From contig OZ024740.1 in NCBI GenBank assembly GCA_964016885.1, positions 131,502,001 to 131,566,000 on the forward strand: a DNA stretch of 64,000 bases. The letters run 5' to 3'. The notes beneath the pieces were generated by a model, which saw only the letters and a list, made by a program, of their open reading frames with translations, did no database searches and was not told the DNA's origin. Shown piece after piece: positions 58,944 to 64,000 of the stretch. Made by a program: the position numbers and the translations under genes. Positions within the stretch are counted from its first letter, which is position 1. Every line of letters begins with the position of its first letter. Source of the stretch: Eledone cirrhosa (lineage: Eukaryota).

Positions 58944-61299
58944 ACGTGTGTGTATGCATGTATGTGTGTGTTTGTGTATGTGTGTGAGTATATGTGTATG
59001 TGCGGGGCGGGGTATGTATGTGTGTGTGTGAATGTGTTTGTCTGTGCGTGTGTGCGTGTGTGTGTGAATGTGTGTGTCTGTGTGTGTGATAAATGCTTAT
59101 TTGCTCGTGGTTAAAATAAAATCAGTGTCTTTCATCGATTATTCTGATATATATTGGTTGATGGTTCAATTTAATATGTATCGGGGTGTATCATCTATCT
59201 TATATCCTTATCTCTAAATCCATTCTTTTTCTCTCTCCTTTTATTTGGTTCTGTGTGTGAGTGTGAATTTATATTTATATAGATATATATATATATAGAA
59301 ACACATACACAACGATAGAGAGATGGATAGCTAGAAGACTATTACAAGGTAGCATATATGAATTCAGCATCATATATTAAAGCGAAAGACACATGAATAT
59401 ATATGTAAAAGAGTATATCTGAATGTGTTTGCAAATGTGCATGCGTGTGGAAGTGTGTCACCTCGTTTATTATCTATGCATACATTCATATAATTTCACT
59501 GGGTTTAACATTAATAGTAACACTCATGCATACATGTACACAATCTCAATAATCACTATCATGAAATTGCAAAGTTCAGCTTGTTTAATTGGCGTACTGT
59601 GAGATGTTACGCAAATAACATGATCTGTACGGGATACGATTTTAACATGCGCGTTGAAGCTATAGAAAGACGTATGGCAACCATGTTCTGTGCAGTTCAT
59701 TAGATGCAGGATTTGTGATATTGTTACGTGCTGCAATGATATTCTGTGCTTACAAATTAAGTCACAAACACACACGCACCCACACACACGCAGACACAAA
59801 CAAACTAAAACACACATTCATCCATTCATCATGCATATTAATGTACGCTAAGGTAGTTGCATCTAATTGAAATACATGACTCCGTTACGATCTACTCCTA
59901 TTGCTGTTGTTTATTGATCTATGTATAATATTATAATAAATATTCAGCCATATACTTTGCATGAGGATCTGTAAAATATACTTATAGAAAGAAACCTTTT
60001 TTAGGACGGACTACCGGACTTTGTATATTTTTTTGTGTTTGTTATGCACATTTACAACATATTGTTGCGCATTATATATTCCATTTGCCTCATTTCGAAA
60101 ACTGTCTACTCTAATTACATTTATTAAAAAAAAAGAATATTCGGGAGACATATATCATGCTGTTGTCAGTATTTTTATTCACTTACCAATCTTTTTACAG
60201 ATTTTTATAATTTTAGAGAAGTTATTATTAACGACACTATTGCGTAAGTCATTCTCCAACGACAAAATTGGTACTATATAATTGCTTTTGTGTTCACGGT
60301 ATATCCGTCGGCACATGAAGCTATATTCACAGATTGCCAGTAATAAAATATGTGCAGCTAAGTGTATTTGAACAAGAATTGAATGCATAGGAATCGTTTT
60401 GACAAATTTTACAACTACATCAATGAAACTAGTAGGCTTGACGATCAATATAAATATTTCAAGCTTACCATAAGTCCATGCAGTTTAGAAATTGGTCCTT
60501 AGATAAAATTCATACCTTCATTTTATTGGTAATTATTTTATTGTGCTCATATGTACACTGTACACTCCAGGAATTTTGAACTTAAAATTCTTCCAAATAT
60601 CATTGAATATTTCTTACACAACTTTCACATATCACAAGCTTATAATATTACTCTCGTATATGCTGATTAGACAACCATCAGCCCCGAATCAGCTTGCATA
60701 TGATAATAATTATTCTGAGGTGGCTATTACAGAGGGATGTAATTTGCGAAAGAAATGGGTGCTGTTGGTAACTTGGAGATCATCTACGTAAAGGTTTTCC
60801 TTTTCTCTTGGTCTGAAGGTTGCCATGATTTATGGGTTGGTGCAATTAAACATATTCCATACAAAATCCAAAAACTGATATCAACATACAAAACATATAA
60901 TGGTCATTACTACTGCGGTTATTACTACTGATAATAGTGTTTTATACTTTGGTACGGAACTAGTAATCTTTAGGGAAGAGAGAAGTCGATTAAATTTACG
61001 ACAATGATTGCTGGTATATTATGCTATCGATTCCACATCTCCACAGTGTTTCAACATATAAATTCTTGTTTCTGATTTAGGCAGAGAGCCACACTCCACT
61101 CAACATTCCAACCCACAGGAGCATATTTCAAGCAAACCCAATCACTCGGGCTTCTTTCGCCATATTCACTCTCCATTTAAGAAATATGCTGGGGGCAGCA
61201 CTTCCTATATGACTCTAAATTTCATTTCCGATTGGAATTTAAAAACATCAATGAGGGCTTGGCCGAAGAGGAATGAATCTATTGTTATCCTTGCATTAG

Positions 61300-62345
61300 T
61301 GTCCATTGTACAACCTCTTTAATTACAGCCATATGGCAGAGGAGAACTTCCTGCACTTCTCGGTCAAAAAATGTTGGCGAAGCAATCTTCACGTTGATGT
61401 CATCCTATATCCATTCCACTCATTACAGAAACTGTTTGACATTGGAAGGACAGTAAACGAGCGTGAGAATCTGTGTATCTCTGATCACATCTTGTTCAGA
61501 TCAGATCTAGCAGCATTTCCGTGCCGGAAGAATTATCTTTAACTGCCTCTGAACCGGGTCGAGCTACCAAGCCAGGGTTTTTTGGAAATTGTACATCGTT
61601 CCCGGAGCTAAAAACCCACGTGTTAGACTGTTTAAATGTTTGTCGTTGACGCTGAAAGTTTTCCGAAAACGTTGCAAATATTGATCACACCTTGTCCTAG
61701 GTAGAACACCACTGCGGATGTTCTTCTACCGCATTTCCTAACTGGTAGCGAGCCATGTATTGCTGACAACATTGCAGATTCCGGGTTCATAAACCGCTTG
61801 ACTGAGGACTGCAGTTCAATTAAGAGAGGTTGTGGTAAAAACTTACACGGCAGAAGGTGACGTAACATGTTCAACATCACTGAAAAGAGATGAATGCCGA
61901 AGCGTCAGTGTAAGTGTGCGAACCATCAGCGTCAGTGTGCCTTGTAATCCAGCAAATGGTTATTGACACAACATATTCGTAGCTGAAAATAAAACGCTGG
62001 TGCAGCCACATGGGTACCAGGACAGGACACGATGGTCAGCTAGTAATATGTGATGGATATCATGTACACATTTGCCACTACTGCCAGAATTTTCAAGGTT
62101 AGCTTCCTCTTAGCCCATCTTCAGGGAGAGAGTCACCAGCCAAGTCGTTAACTCGCCCCACTATTTTTCCAATTTAGAGGTCGTAATCAAACCAGACAAC
62201 GATCATTGTAAATGGTACGTCTTCCAAGCGCCTTCCAAGACTCTATTGGACAGCATGAATTTTCCTCTCCAGATGTCGAGATGGAAATCCACAGAGTTGT
62301 CGTGGCTGATCCAAACCGGAAGATCTACACCTAGTGCTGCAGATT
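61300..62345 (-). mobile_element. Highly decayed Tx1/L1-like remnant
   Basis: 62090-62345 resembles 63760-63990 at nucleotide level; no long frame; left boundary uncertain. Confidence 0.45.
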
Positions 62346-62383
62346 AATTATTCACCTATCTCGTCTGGTCTTCTCGGCTTTTC

Positions 62384-62478
62384 GAAGAAGAAGACGAAGA
62401 AGAAGAAGAAGAAGAAGAAGAAGAAGATGAAGAAGAAGAAAAAGAAGAAGAAGAAGAAGAAGAAGAAGAAGAAGAAAA

Positions 62479-62519
<41 letters not shown>
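62384..62519. repeat. (GAA)n + (TAA)n compound microsatellite
   Basis: Directly visible. Confidence 0.95.
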
Positions 62520-62521
<2 letters not shown>

Positions 62522-64000
62522 GTTTTCTTTATTAACCACAAGGGTTTACATAAAGTAGACATTAAGGACAGTACATGGCAATACAGGACGTTACAAATGG
62601 GCATTTCTGCGTGTAAAAAAAAACAGAGGATGTAATAAAATACCTAAAAAATTCCCCAATAGGGGGGAGACTTCCGAGGGACATTTGTGGAGAAAGCCCA
62701 TTAAAAGACCACAGTGACCCTGACCACCAGGTCCATTCATTCGGGCCATACTTGCTTCTCTCACCCATCTTTCAACAAAATTATGGGAAGAGAGCACTTC
62801 CCTCTCTACCCTGATTTTCCTTTTCAAATGAAATTTGAAAAGGTTAATCAGGGCACCACCGAAGAGGTAAGTGCTCGTCTTCAGCCCTTTCAAACGTGTC
62901 CACCATACTATCCCTTTCGCCATGGCCACCAGACAGATAAAAACTGCCTGCCCTTCCCGGTTAAAGGAAGTAGGCGGGGCAATCCTCACGATGGACTCAG
63001 TTGATAGATGGATCCGTCCTACACGTGACAGCAGGTGATCCACTTAAACCCACAAGTCAGCAATGCTCGGATACTGGACGAGTGCGTGCAGGACGGTTTC
63101 ATCGCCCTGCGCGCATCTCGGACATGCCCGGCTGACGGCACCTCCATGCCTGTAGACTTTATCCTGAACTGGCAAGGCTCCTCGGTAGCACTGCCAGGCC
63201 AGAGATTTCTGGAAGTTGTACATAGGCCCTGGCCCGAAAGTTCTTCCGTAGAGATTGGCTAGTTGATTTTCGTCGACGCCCCGATTTTCTCCAAGTACGT
63301 CGTCGCTCTTCCCCTCCACTAATCCTCTATAGAACGCCAAGGTGGAGTTTCCACCGATCCCATTGCCCGATTGGTCGAGGGCTGTGAGCGCCTGAAGACA
63401 TTCCAGTCTCCAAGTGCTCCCTCTCGGTCTTCGATTGACCCAAGACTGCAGCTCCGTCAAGGAGACGAGCTGGGGAAAGACGTGTCTAGCAAACGGCGAC
63501 CACACCTGATCACCGTCGAGGAAGAGATGGAGATGTCGTAGCCTGAGCGCATGTCTGCGCATCATCAGCCACGGCATGCCCAGCCCTCCCACGTAGCGGG
63601 TGTTGACTGCAGATGGAGAGCCTGACCATCGGAGCTCGTCCCTTCCACAAAAAGCGAAAGAGCAAACGCTCCAGTGCAGTCAGGCGGGGCTTAGGACAAG
63701 GTACGACGGTCAGGTGGTAGTAGATGACGGACGCGATGTACGCGTTAGCCACCTCCGCTCGACCTTTCAGGGATAGCTTCCTCTCGGCCCATTTCTGGGT
63801 GAGAGAAGCCAACTGCTCGTCACCTCGTCCCAGTTTTTGTCCGTCTGGAGGTCTGGACCGAACCAGACCCGTAGCAATTTAACCGGTCCGTCCGTCCAGC
63901 GCCCGACGACGCTGTTGGACGGCATGGACCTGCCTCTCCAGCTCCCGAACTGCAGGCCCACTGACTTTTCCTGGTTAATCATTGCTCCTGTCACCGTTTC
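62520..64000 (-). mobile_element. Tx1/L1-clade LINE, 3' part of ORF2 (RT C-terminus + zinc finger), frameshifted, continues beyond the window
   Basis: INQEKSVGL; WAERKLSLKGRAEVAN; LLFRFLWKG; GGLGMPWL; AWQCYRGALPV; CPRCAQGDETVLHAL. Confidence 0.88.

Overview
AT-rich, microsatellite-saturated eukaryotic genomic DNA, almost entirely transposon-derived. The tRNA-derived SINEs and the repeat make-up suggest a cephalopod (Octopus-like) genome, which is inference. Most ORF-track entries are (TA)n/(CA)n artefacts. Real coding remnants: several Penelope-like retroelements (PLEs, RT + C-terminal GIY-YIG), two of them nearly full length with pseudo-LTR tandem/inverted architecture; a nearly intact R4/Dong-like RLE LINE sitting in a (CATA)n tract; Tx1/L1-like and RTE fragments. 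The main hidden signal is a dense set of minimal type I hammerhead ribozyme (HHR) motifs, about 10 unrelated sequence families and about 20 intact or decayed copies. They occur in PLE ends, in short non-coding modules and fold-back palindromes embedded in (TA)n, and in a composite 1.5-kb tandem array. One family has a compensatory U3-A8 core and another a ~105-nt stem II. One possible host exon with cystine-knot-like Cys spacing lies at 27177-27350. All folds were read by eye; no activity or database evidence is available.
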